Positions 37,753 through 46,788 of a stretch of 64,000 nucleotides of DNA are shown piece after piece. A program made the translations under genes and the position numbers. Within the stretch, counting starts at the first letter, position 1. The number at the start of each line of letters is the position of its first letter. The stretch lies in NCBI GenBank assembly GCA_009836005.1, contig VXWG01000010.1, positions 69,675 through 133,674 on the forward strand. The letters run 5' to 3'. The notes under the pieces were generated by a model. It had not been told where the DNA came from. It made no database searches and worked only from the letters and a program-made list of their open reading frames with translations. The stretch is from Candidatus Palauibacter irciniicola. GTDB lineage: Bacteria; Gemmatimonadota; Gemmatimonadetes; Palauibacterales; Palauibacteraceae.

Positions 37753-39549
37753 CTACACCCCTTCCTCGATGAGCTGCCTCAGTTCGGCCGGCGGCTCCGA
37801 TACCCGTTCGGTGTCGGTCACCATCTGCCCCTCGGATGATCGGATGACGACATTGACCCGCCCGAGCGAGGCGTCGGAGTCCGGATAGTCGATGCGGGTA
37901 TGCGCACCGCGGCTCTCCCGACGCTCGAGCGCCGAGAGGACGACCGCCTCGGCCACGGTGAGCATGACCCCGAGGTCGAGCCAGGTGTGCCATCCGGGGT
38001 TGAAGGCTCGCCCCCCGTGAACCGAGCAGGTGTCGAGCTCCCCGCGCAGTCGGTGGACGTCCTCGAGGGCCTCGCGCAGCGCCCCCTCCGTACGGGCGAT
38101 TCCGACCTTGTCCTGCATGATCTGCCGCAATTCCTCCTGCAGGCCGAAGGGATTGCGTCCACCCTCTCGCGCGAAGGGCGCCGTCGCGCCCGCGACGGCC
38201 GCGGACAGTTCGGATGCCGGGATCTCGGCGAAGGATGCATCTCTCGCCTCTTCGGCGGCCGCGACGCCGGCGCGCTGCCCGAACACGATAAGGTCGGAGA
38301 GCGAATTGCCGCCGAGGCGATTGCCGCCGTGGAGGCCCGCGGCCACTTCACCCGCCGCGTACAGCCCGGAGACGCAGGTCGCCGCCGTTTCCGGGTCTAC
38401 CTTCACTCCCCCCATCGCGTAGTGGGTCGTCGGCCCGACCTCCATCGCGTCGGTCGTGATGTCGACGCCCGCGAGTTCCTTGAACTGGTGATACATGCTC
38501 GGGAGCTTGGCCTTGATGTACTCGGGACTCCGCTTCTCCGAGATATTGAGGAAGACGCCGCCGTGCGGACTCCCCCGCCCGGCCTCCACCTCCGCGACGA
38601 TCGCCTTTGCCACGACATCCCGGGTGAGCAGTTCCGGCGGGCGCCGGTTGGCCACGCGGTCGCCTTCCACCCACCGGTCGGCCTCCTCCTCGCTCTCCGC
38701 GTAGTCCCCCTCGAACATCTCCGGGACGTATCGGAACATGAAGCGTTCGCCGTCCCCGTTCGTGAGCACGCCTCCCTCGCCACGGACGCCTTCCGTGACG
38801 AGCGTGCCCCGCACGCTGGGCGGCCACACCATGCCCGTGGGGTGGAACTGGACGAACTCCATCCCCATGAGTTCGGCCCCCGCGTCATAGGCGAGCGCCA
38901 CACCGTCGCCGGTGCACTCCCAGGAATTGGAGGTCACCTTCCAGGCCTTGCCCAATCCCCCCGTGGCGAGGATGACTGTCCGGGCGCGGAAGAGCACGAA
39001 CTCGCCTGTCGGCCGCCAATACGCGAGCGCTCCGGCCACGCGCCCGTCCACGAGGATCAACCGGAACACCGTGCACTCCATGAAGATGTCGGCCCCTTCG
39101 TGCACGGCGTGATCCTGCAGCGTCCGGATCATCTCCAGGCCCGTCCGGTCGCCGACGTGCGCCAGCCTTCCGTAGGTGTGTCCGCCGAACGGACGCTGGT
39201 TCATGCGTCCGTCCTCCGCCCGGTCGAAGAGGGCGCCCCACGCCTCGAGCTCCCTCACGCGGTCCGGGGCCTCCTCGGCGTGCGCCCTGGCCATCCGCCA
39301 GTCGCACAGTCCCTTCCCGCCCCGCATCGTGTCGCGGAAATGGACCTGCCAATTGTCTTCGGGACGGTTGTTGCCGAGCGCGGCCGCCATCCCGCCCTCG
39401 GCCATGACCGTGTGCGCCTTGCCGAGCAGCGACTTGCCGACGAGTCCGACGGATGCGCCGGCCTCGATGGCCGCGATCGCCGCGCGGAGCCCGGCGCCCC
39501 CGGCTCCGATCACGAGGACGTCATGCTCGTGGCGTTCTGAAATCTCCAT
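37753..39549 (-). CDS. sdhA: succinate dehydrogenase / fumarate reductase flavoprotein subunit
   Basis: FAD-binding N-terminus DVLVIGAGGAGLRAAIAA, the covalent-FAD His region (HTVMAEGG), and the active-site region RxxxHY...GANRLG (AGGLHGGNRLGGNSL). Confidence 0.95.
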   Translation of the reverse strand: MEISERHEHDVLVIGAGGAGLRAAIAAIEAGASVGLVGKSLLGKAHTVMAEGGMAAALGNNRPEDNWQVHFRDTMRGGKGLCDWRMARAHAEEAPDRVRELEAWGALFDRAEDGRMNQRPFGGHTYGRLAHVGDRTGLEMIRTLQDHAVHEGADIFMECTVFRLILVDGRVAGALAYWRPTGEFVLFRARTVILATGGLGKAWKVTSNSWECTGDGVALAYDAGAELMGMEFVQFHPTGMVWPPSVRGTLVTEGVRGEGGVLTNGDGERFMFRYVPEMFEGDYAESEEEADRWVEGDRVANRRPPELLTRDVVAKAIVAEVEAGRGSPHGGVFLNISEKRSPEYIKAKLPSMYHQFKELAGVDITTDAMEVGPTTHYAMGGVKVDPETAATCVSGLYAAGEVAAGLHGGNRLGGNSLSDLIVFGQRAGVAAAEEARDASFAEIPASELSAAVAGATAPFAREGGRNPFGLQEELRQIMQDKVGIARTEGALREALEDVHRLRGELDTCSVHGGRAFNPGWHTWLDLGVMLTVAEAVVLSALERRESRGAHTRIDYPDSDASLGRVNVVIRSSEGQMVTDTERVSEPPAELRQLIEEGV

Positions 39550-39576
39550 GGAAAAGTCCGCTGTGCTCCGTTGGGT

Positions 39577-40359
39577 TCAGAAGAGTCGGGGATCGTCGAA
39601 CACCCGCATCGCCACCAGCCGGATGTACAGATCCGTCATGCATACGAAGACGAGGCTGAACCAGGCCCAGCCCATGTGTCGCTTGTTGAACCAGCTCACG
39701 CCCTTCCACGCCTTGTGGCGCGCCTTCCCCGCCAGCGCGCAGGAATAGCAATCGACGTCGCCGCCGATGAGATGGCGGAGCGAGTGGCAGCCGAACCAGT
39801 ATCCCGACAGCAGCACGAGGTTGATCAGGAGGACGATGGATCCGACTCCGACGCCGAAGCCGTCCTCGAAGAAGAACCCGTGAATCGTGTCGTACGTCAG
39901 GAAAAGCCAGATGATGATCGAGGCGTACAGGAAGTAGCGGTGAAGGTTCTGGAGGACCCACGGCAGCCGCGTCTCGCCCGCATACCTGTCGCCGCGGAAC
40001 TCGCCCACCGCACAGGCGGGCGGGTCGAGGAAATAGGCGCGGTAATACGCCTTCCGGTAGTAATAGCACGTTCCCCGGAACCCGAGGATCACGCCCATCA
40101 TCAGTATCGCCGGAGAGAACGGCCACCACTCGATTCCGAACAGCCGGATCTGTTCCGGGCAACTGGCGGCGATGCACGGCGAGTACAGGGGCGACAGGTA
40201 GGGGTCGGCAAAATAGTTGCCGCCCTGCAGGACCGCCCAGGTGGCGTAGCCGCCGAAGAGGCCGAGCCCCAGTGCTACGCTCAGGGGCGGTACCCACCAC
40301 CGATCCCTGCGGAGGGTCTTGCCGAAACCGCGATCTCGAACCGCGACCGAGCTTTCCAT
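39577..40359 (-). CDS. sdhC: succinate dehydrogenase / fumarate reductase cytochrome b membrane anchor (single-subunit type B-like, 5 transmembrane segments)
   Basis: A 260-aa hydrophobic protein with heme-ligand His residues in transmembrane segments, sitting immediately upstream of sdhA and sdhB. Confidence 0.7.
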   Translation of the reverse strand: MESSVAVRDRGFGKTLRRDRWWVPPLSVALGLGLFGGYATWAVLQGGNYFADPYLSPLYSPCIAASCPEQIRLFGIEWWPFSPAILMMGVILGFRGTCYYYRKAYYRAYFLDPPACAVGEFRGDRYAGETRLPWVLQNLHRYFLYASIIIWLFLTYDTIHGFFFEDGFGVGVGSIVLLINLVLLSGYWFGCHSLRHLIGGDVDCYSCALAGKARHKAWKGVSWFNKRHMGWAWFSLVFVCMTDLYIRLVAMRVFDDPRLF

Positions 40360-40430
40360 GGTCTTTCGTCGACTCTTCGTGGAGTGGGGGGTGGGAACGC
40401 GGCCAGCCTACCGGGCCGTCAGGATGACTG

Positions 40431-41918
40431 TCAAGCGGCGTCGTCCGGGAAACCCTCGAGGTATTCCTGGACCCGGTTGAGGAAGAACGCCGCCATGGCG
40501 CCGTCGACCACGCGATGGTCGTAGGAAAGACCGAAGTAGGCCCGGTTGCGGATCGCGATCACGTCATTGCCGAGTCCGTCCTGAACGACGACCGGACGCT
40601 TCTCGATCACGCCGGTTCCCAGGATGGCGACCTGGGGCTGGTTGATGATCGGGGTCCCGAACAGGTTTCCGAAGACTCCTACGTTCGTGATCGTGAACGT
40701 CCCGCCTTGGATGTCGTCGAAGTCGAGCGCTCTGTTCCGAGCCTTCTCGGCGAGTTCGTTCGAGCGCTGCGCGAGGCCCAGCAGACTGAGTTGATCCGCG
40801 TCCTTGAGCACGGGCACGATGAGTTCGCGGCCGTCGCTGATCGCCACCGCGATCCCGAGATTGATGTTGCCGTGATACACGATGCGCGATCCGTCGACGG
40901 ACGAGTTGAGGATCGGGTATTCGCCCAGGGCCTCGATCACGGCGCGATAGATGAAGGGGCCGTAGGTGAGCTTCACCCCCTGGTCGGCGAAGCGCGACTT
41001 GAGCGACCGCCTGAGTTGAACGATCCGCTCGAAATCCACCTCGATGACCGATGTCACGTGCGCGGAAACGCGCTTGGACATGAGCATGTGTTCCATCGTC
41101 CGCAGGCGGACTCTGCTCATCTCCTCGACGCGGTCGCGCTCGCGAATCGGCACGGAGCCGAGCCGCACATCCAGCGTCGCCCCGTGGATCGGGATCCGGA
41201 GCGTGCCGGGCGCCGCCGGCCTGGGCGCCGCCGGCCTGGGCGCCGCCGGCTCGGGGAGCGCGGGCTCCGGCGCCTTCACGTCGGAGGCCGGGACCGGCGG
41301 CGGGACCACGGCGGGGGCCGCAACGGCGACGGGAGCCGCCGTGGGAGCGGGAGCCGCCGCAGGAGCAGGCGCCGCCGCCCCGCCGGCCGAGATGAACGCA
41401 AGAATGTCATCCCGCGTCACGCGCCCGGAGGTGCCCGTCCCGGGCACCTGCTGGATGTCGACGCCGTGTTCCGCGGCGATCTTCCGCACGAGCGGGGTCG
41501 ATCGAGTCCTCAGGCGCTCGCCGCGACTGGAGGGCGACGCCTCGACCGCCGGGGCCGGGGATGCGGGAGTGGCGCCCGCCGAAGCGACCGCGGGGACTGC
41601 CGCCGCGGGATCGGGCGCTGGCGGATCGTCCACGGGCGCCGAAGGTGCGGCGGGTGCGGCGGGTGCCGCGACCGTCGCATCCGTCTCGATGCGGGCGACG
41701 ACCGTGTCGACCTCGACCGTCTCCCCGTCCTGCACGAGAACTTCGGCCAGCACCCCCGCCGCCGGCGACGGAATGTCCGCGTCCACCTTGTCCGTGGAAA
41801 TCTCGAACAGATCCTCGTCACGCTCGACCGCATCCCCGACCTTCTTGAGCCAGCGCGTCAGCGTCCCCTCCGCGATGGATTCCCCCATCTGCGGCATGAT
41901 GACATCCACTTTGGACAT
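40431..41918 (-). CDS. 2-oxoacid dehydrogenase complex E2 dihydrolipoamide acyltransferase
   Basis: A lipoyl domain (FEISTDKVDADIPSPAAGVL), an Ala/Pro-rich linker, a peripheral-subunit-binding domain, and the catalytic domain with the DHRVVDG motif. Confidence 0.9.
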   Translation of the reverse strand: MSKVDVIMPQMGESIAEGTLTRWLKKVGDAVERDEDLFEISTDKVDADIPSPAAGVLAEVLVQDGETVEVDTVVARIETDATVAAPAAPAAPSAPVDDPPAPDPAAAVPAVASAGATPASPAPAVEASPSSRGERLRTRSTPLVRKIAAEHGVDIQQVPGTGTSGRVTRDDILAFISAGGAAAPAPAAAPAPTAAPVAVAAPAVVPPPVPASDVKAPEPALPEPAAPRPAAPRPAAPGTLRIPIHGATLDVRLGSVPIRERDRVEEMSRVRLRTMEHMLMSKRVSAHVTSVIEVDFERIVQLRRSLKSRFADQGVKLTYGPFIYRAVIEALGEYPILNSSVDGSRIVYHGNINLGIAVAISDGRELIVPVLKDADQLSLLGLAQRSNELAEKARNRALDFDDIQGGTFTITNVGVFGNLFGTPIINQPQVAILGTGVIEKRPVVVQDGLGNDVIAIRNRAYFGLSYDHRVVDGAMAAFFLNRVQEYLEGFPDDAA

Positions 41919-41951
41919 TGGTGTTCTTCCCCGGCGTACAGCCGCGTGGGT

Positions 41952-42926
41952 TCAGTAACTCAGTTGCAGGCGGGCCATCGAGACGATGTCCGCCACCTGG
42001 GGTAGATGGGCCTCCTCCAGCTCGGCCGCGTACGGTACCGGCGTGTCGAGTGCGGCCACCCGCCGGATCGGAGCATCAAGCCACTCGAACGCGCGCTCGC
42101 ACACCAACGCCGCCACCTCGCCGCCGAAGCCGCCGAACCGCGGCGCTTCGTGCAGGACGAGAAGTCTCCCCGTTTTCTTCACGCTCTCGAGGATCGCGCC
42201 GCTATCGAGCGGTTGCAGCGTCCGCAGATCAATAATCTCGATCTGCGCACCATCCTCCTCCGCCACCTGCTCCGCAGCCTCGTGCGCAGTATGGACCATG
42301 GCGCCATACGTGACCAGCGTGAGGTCCGTTCCTCCGCGGTGCGTTCGGGCCTTCCCCAGCGGAGTCACGAACTCCTCGCCTTCCTCAAGCTCTTCGCGAA
42401 GTCTGCGATACAGGTACTTGTGCTCGAAGAAGAGGACCGGGTCCGGGTCCCGAATCGCGGCCTTGAGCAACCCTTTCGCATCCCTCACCGTGGCCGGAGC
42501 CACCAGCTTGAGACCCGGCACGTTGGCGAAATACGACTCCACGTTCTGCGAGTGAAAGGGCCCCGCGCGCACGCCCGCGCCGCAGGGTCCCCGAATCACC
42601 AGCGCGGCCCCCACGCCCGTCCGGTAGCGGACCTTGGCGGCGAAGTTCACGATCACGTTGAAGGCCGGGGCGATGAAGTCGATGAACTGCATCTCGCACA
42701 CGGGCTTCAAGCCCATCTGCGCCGCCCCGATCGCCGCGCCCACGATCGCCGCCTCGCTGATCGGAGTGTCGATGACGCGATCTTCGCCGAATTCCGCGAG
42801 CAGCCCCTCCGTGACCCTGAAGGCGCCGCCATAGGCGCCAATGTCCTCGCCCATGATGAAGACGTCGGCGTCCGCTCGCATCTCCTCACGGATCGCCTGT
42901 TGAATCGCTTCGAGATAGGTAGCCAC
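41952..42926 (-). CDS. 2-oxoacid dehydrogenase E1 component beta subunit (transketolase-like)
   Basis: 324 aa typical of E1beta (FIMGEDIGAYGGAFRVTEGLLAEFGEDRVIDTPISEAAIVGAAIGAA). Confidence 0.9.
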   Translation of the reverse strand: MATYLEAIQQAIREEMRADADVFIMGEDIGAYGGAFRVTEGLLAEFGEDRVIDTPISEAAIVGAAIGAAQMGLKPVCEMQFIDFIAPAFNVIVNFAAKVRYRTGVGAALVIRGPCGAGVRAGPFHSQNVESYFANVPGLKLVAPATVRDAKGLLKAAIRDPDPVLFFEHKYLYRRLREELEEGEEFVTPLGKARTHRGGTDLTLVTYGAMVHTAHEAAEQVAEEDGAQIEIIDLRTLQPLDSGAILESVKKTGRLLVLHEAPRFGGFGGEVAALVCERAFEWLDAPIRRVAALDTPVPYAAELEEAHLPQVADIVSMARLQLSY

Positions 42927-42981
42927 GGCGCAAAGAATAACCGCGCGCCGTCCGCATCGGCAACGCGTCGAGGGTTGTGCT

Positions 42982-44064
42982 TTACTTACACGTAAAGGGC
43001 AGTTCCGTAACGTGCAGCGCGACCCCGGGATGGTCCATCGACTCCAGCACCGCCCCGAGGGCGACCTCCCGCCGGACGTAGCCCAGGCCGATGGGTCCGA
43101 AACGCGGAGAATGAACTGCGGAAGTGATGAGGCCGACCGGTTTCGCGCCGCCGGTCCCGGAGGGCACTCGAAGTTCGGCGCCGACGAGGTTGCGTGCCTG
43201 GTGGAGGGCGTTCGGAGTCCAGCGAAGCCCGCGCAGGTGGCGGTTCACATGGCCCCGGTAGTGAATGCGAGCGACGACTTCCTGGCCCGTGAAGCATCCC
43301 TTGGCAAAGCTGATCGCCCGGTCATCCTGTCCCGCCTCCTGGGCCAGCCGATCCGCGCCCAGCTCGGACCCGAAGACCGGCAACCCCCGCTCCAACCGCA
43401 AGATCTCCCAGTCTCCGCCGCCGGCGACGGCTCCGCCTGCCCGCGTGACGGCGCCCTCGAGCTGCCTCGAAAGCCTTTCCGCGTCTCGTGCCCGGCCGGT
43501 GCGGTCTACGTACAGGTCGAAGCCGGGGCCCTCGATCTCCTCCCTGCAAACCACGAGGGCCGGAATGCCGCCGATACGCACGGTTGTCGCCTCGAGAGGG
43601 GCCAGTTCGCCGGGCTGCCGCACAAACGAGATTCCCGCGGCGGCTTCCCATTGTTCGAGCGCCTCGGCGGCTCGCGGTCCGATGAGCGTATGCACGGAAA
43701 CGCTCGCCTCGCGGTATTCCGCGAACATCGGAGGCACGTATGTCCGAAGGTGATCCATCAGAGAGGGCAGGGCCTCACCCGGCGCGTCGAGCCAAACGGT
43801 CTCCGTTCCCCCTCCGGCGTCGCGCTCGAAACCCGCCACGGGCAGAATCCGCAGATCGACGACGACGCGACCGCGGCGATCCAGGAGAAAGGAGTAGATG
43901 CCCCGCCCCAACGGGACATCCGTCACATCGTTCGAGGCGAGGCCGTTCATGACTCGTAGCGCCCCGGAACCCGATACGGCGACGACGACGCGCCCAACGT
44001 TCGCGAACAGCCCGACGCGCTCGACGGCGGCACGATAGCCGTCGGACCCGGCACCCTCCGGCAT
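42982..44064 (-). CDS. YgfZ/GcvT-fold folate-binding protein
   Basis: It carries the KGCFTGQE motif (AISFAKGCFTGQEVVARIHYRGHV), diagnostic of the YgfZ branch of the aminomethyltransferase fold. It sits where E1alpha would be expected. Confidence 0.65.
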   Translation of the reverse strand: MPEGAGSDGYRAAVERVGLFANVGRVVVAVSGSGALRVMNGLASNDVTDVPLGRGIYSFLLDRRGRVVVDLRILPVAGFERDAGGGTETVWLDAPGEALPSLMDHLRTYVPPMFAEYREASVSVHTLIGPRAAEALEQWEAAAGISFVRQPGELAPLEATTVRIGGIPALVVCREEIEGPGFDLYVDRTGRARDAERLSRQLEGAVTRAGGAVAGGGDWEILRLERGLPVFGSELGADRLAQEAGQDDRAISFAKGCFTGQEVVARIHYRGHVNRHLRGLRWTPNALHQARNLVGAELRVPSGTGGAKPVGLITSAVHSPRFGPIGLGYVRREVALGAVLESMDHPGVALHVTELPFTCK

Positions 44065-44100
44065 CAGGTCGACGTGGCCCGCCGAGCAGTCCGTGGCGGC

Positions 44101-44131
44101 AAAAAAAGCTCCCGGGCCGAAACCCGGGAGC
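44101..44131 (-). terminator. intrinsic terminator downstream of the OmpA-domain lipoprotein gene
   Basis: Stem GCTCCCGGG / CCCGGGAGC with loop CCGAAA, followed on the minus strand by a U7 run (plus-strand AAAAAAA at 44101-44107). Confidence 0.7.
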
Positions 44132-44168
44132 CTGGCTCCAACCTGGCCATCAAGCGCAACTCAGGGCA

Positions 44169-44807
44169 CTAACTCGAGCCCGGTCCGGCCCACTCGACGA
44201 CGAACGTCGCACGACGGTTCTCGATCCCGGTCTGGCGGTCTTCGACGCCGGTGTCCTGGTTCACGAGGCGCGACTCACCGATGGCCACAACGCCGATGTT
44301 GTCCGCATTCATCCCCGCGGTCTGCACGAGGTAGTCCCTCACGCTCTCGGCGCGCGCCAGGGACAACGTCATGTTGTATGCCTCGGATCCGGCACTGTCG
44401 GCGGAGCCTTCCACGGTGACCCGGGCCTGAGGGAAGGATCCCAGGATGGTGGCCGCGAACGCGTCCAGAATCGGGCGGTCGACGGCCCGCACCTCGGCGC
44501 TGTTGAAGTCGAAGTGCACCGGCAGGGAAACAGCGAGTCCCGCGCCGTGCATGTCGTCGTCGCTGACGTGACCTCCGAACTCCTGCCGCAGACGATCAAG
44601 CCCGCTCCGCAACTCCTCTATATCGCCCTGAAGCGCCTCTACCGCAGCCGTATTCGCGGAGATGCGAGCCTCGTGGTCCGCGAGCTGCCCGTTCACGGGC
44701 TCCATGACGCGATCGAGTTCCCACTGGCGCACGAGCTGCATGCAACCCGCAGACAGGAAGGCTAGAGTCACCACAACCATCGACACCCACACCCTGTTCT
44801 GGCGCAT
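44169..44807 (-). CDS. OmpA C-terminal-domain lipoprotein (peptidoglycan-binding)
   Basis: Lipobox LAFLSAGC, a coiled-coil region, and then the OmpA_C motif NMTLSLARAESVRDYL. The start is taken at MRQNRVWVSM. Confidence 0.8.
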   Translation of the reverse strand: MRQNRVWVSMVVVTLAFLSAGCMQLVRQWELDRVMEPVNGQLADHEARISANTAAVEALQGDIEELRSGLDRLRQEFGGHVSDDDMHGAGLAVSLPVHFDFNSAEVRAVDRPILDAFAATILGSFPQARVTVEGSADSAGSEAYNMTLSLARAESVRDYLVQTAGMNADNIGVVAIGESRLVNQDTGVEDRQTGIENRRATFVVEWAGPGSS

Positions 44808-44832
44808 CCTGACTACTCCTCCTTTTCGCGGC

Positions 44833-45504
44833 TTACGGGAAGTTGACGCGGAGGCCAACCGAGAGCGGGATTTCCATTATGGAGCTGAACCCGTGCACGT
44901 TGTTGAGTTCGCCGTACACGTGCGTCTCTTCCTCATCCGTCATGATATAGCGGAGGTCGAGTTGGGCGAAGAGCGTGACCATCGGGACGTCCGTATCCGC
45001 ATGGCGGGCGAAGTTGAGCCCCGCCTTGATTCCGGCGTTGCCGGAAAAATACGACCCGTTCACCAGGGCCACCGTGTGGAGTCCCGGACGCGGATGGTTT
45101 CGCAGCAGGAACGCGTCGGAATCGAGCGTCGAGGCGCCCAGGCCGAAATCGACCGCGACGGTGGCATTGCCCATCGGGTCCGTGAGGTGATACTCGATCC
45201 CGCCCGTCAGATGGAAGATCTGAAAGTTCGGGTCGATCGACCCCTTCGTGCCGAGCATGTCGAGCGCTCCCTCGACCCGCAGCGCCAGACGCGGGCGCAG
45301 GAAGTAGGATGCCGCGCCCGAGAAGGACGGACCCGCCTCGGCGGCATCGGCGATCTCGCCCATGGGGACGGCCATCCCGACTCCGCCCTCGAACGACCAG
45401 AACATCGGAGAATAGGGACTCTGGGCCTCGGCCCGCGCGGGCAGAAAAGCGAACGCAGCCATCGCGCCAACCACCAACACCAGCTTTCTGAACACATCCT
45501 TCAT
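44833..45504 (-). CDS. outer-membrane beta-barrel protein (OmpA-like 8-strand barrel/porin family) with a signal peptide
   Basis: 223 aa from MKDVFRKLVLVVGAMAAFAFLPARAEAQ, with a GGAGG RBS. The pattern of alternating hydrophobic residues suggests a beta-barrel and it ends in a terminal aromatic (VNFP). The upstream ORF extension is spurious. Confidence 0.7.
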   Translation of the reverse strand: MKDVFRKLVLVVGAMAAFAFLPARAEAQSPYSPMFWSFEGGVGMAVPMGEIADAAEAGPSFSGAASYFLRPRLALRVEGALDMLGTKGSIDPNFQIFHLTGGIEYHLTDPMGNATVAVDFGLGASTLDSDAFLLRNHPRPGLHTVALVNGSYFSGNAGIKAGLNFARHADTDVPMVTLFAQLDLRYIMTDEEETHVYGELNNVHGFSSIMEIPLSVGLRVNFP

Positions 45505-45748
45505 ATCGACCTCCTGCGAGTTATGAGGCTGCCGAGGAACGCGCGGGCTGTCTGATTCGCCACGCAAACCACGCACGAACGTCCAACTGCAACCGGCGGC
45601 ACCCGGCCTCCGATGTCGCCGGAAAAATCGATGCAAGCTAAGCCCGATGTCGAATAACATGCAAGAGATACAACGTGTGCTCCAGCGCGTGCGGAAACCT
45701 CGTTCCAGAGAGGCCGAACAGGCTCTCGAATACGCGAAGATCCGCGGT

Positions 45749-46660
45749 TCAGGCGCGGGAGACGTACGCCGCCAGGCCCGTCGCGAGATCGCGCGGTCGA
45801 AACGCCGGAAAGCGGCGACGGGCCAGGTCGGAATCGGCGATTCCATCCTGGGTTGCGAAGTCCACGGCGTCGCGCGACAGGATCTGGCCCGGGAGACGCT
45901 CCGCACATCCCGCGACGAGCTTAACGAGCCCTTCCGGGACGTGCAGAATCACCCGGCGACGGCCGAGCGCCGCCATGGCCGTCCGCACGACGTCGTCCAG
46001 CGACAGGACATCCGGGCCACCCGCCTCGAGAGTGAGCCCGTCTCCCGCCGAACCCAGCGTAGCCTCGCACACCAGGTCCGCCAGATCATCCACATGTATC
46101 GGGGTAATGCGCCCGGAGCCGTCCCCCAGTTGGGGAAAGACGAACGGAATCGTGCGAATGAGCGCGATGAAGCGGTTCAGGCTTCGGTCTTCGGGGCCGT
46201 AGACCCATGAAGGTCGAACGATGACGTGGGCGAGGCCCGAGTCCCGCACCGATGCCTCCGCCAACCCCTTGGCGCGATACCAGGTACGCGCGGAGCCGGG
46301 ATCGGCCCCGACCCCGGACAGGTAGACGAGCTTGCGTACTCCCGCCTCCACCGCGGCCTCCACCAGGGCGGCGGTGCCGCGGGCGTCGACCTCCATGAAC
46401 GTCCGGCCGCGGGCGGGCGCCTCCACCGGATAGCCCGGGAACTGGACGGAGAGAATGGCCGCGTCCACCGCGTCCATCGCCCGGACGAGGGTCGCGGGCC
46501 GACGCACATCTCCCGCGACGTATTCCGCCGGGAGCCCGAGACGCCCGGCGCCGGCGGGGTTCCGGGTCAGTACGGCAACCCGCGCCCCGCGACCGTGCAG
46601 CCCCCGGACGAGGGCACGCCCGAGAAAGCCTGTTCCACCCGCGACGAGGACCCGCTGCAT
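45749..46660 (-). CDS. NAD(P)-binding SDR / NmrA-like epimerase-family protein
   Basis: Rossmann motif VLVAGGTGFLGRAL at the N-terminus. Confidence 0.75.
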   Translation of the reverse strand: MQRVLVAGGTGFLGRALVRGLHGRGARVAVLTRNPAGAGRLGLPAEYVAGDVRRPATLVRAMDAVDAAILSVQFPGYPVEAPARGRTFMEVDARGTAALVEAAVEAGVRKLVYLSGVGADPGSARTWYRAKGLAEASVRDSGLAHVIVRPSWVYGPEDRSLNRFIALIRTIPFVFPQLGDGSGRITPIHVDDLADLVCEATLGSAGDGLTLEAGGPDVLSLDDVVRTAMAALGRRRVILHVPEGLVKLVAGCAERLPGQILSRDAVDFATQDGIADSDLARRRFPAFRPRDLATGLAAYVSRA

Positions 46661-46788
46661 GACTTCACCTCCCGACTGGCGCCGGGGCGCGCATCACCTG
46701 AACATCCCCCGGATGACATCGTAGCCGTCGTCGGATGCCAGACCAATGTCACCCCGATCTTCTGGCCCGGTCAGGGCGGGAGTACAAC

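Noticed and set aside
42982-44064. Calling this gene gcvT to complete the gcvP/gcvH set
   Set aside because: It has the YgfZ-specific KGCFTGQE motif rather than GcvT features. It is 25 kb from gcvPH and in a different operon context.
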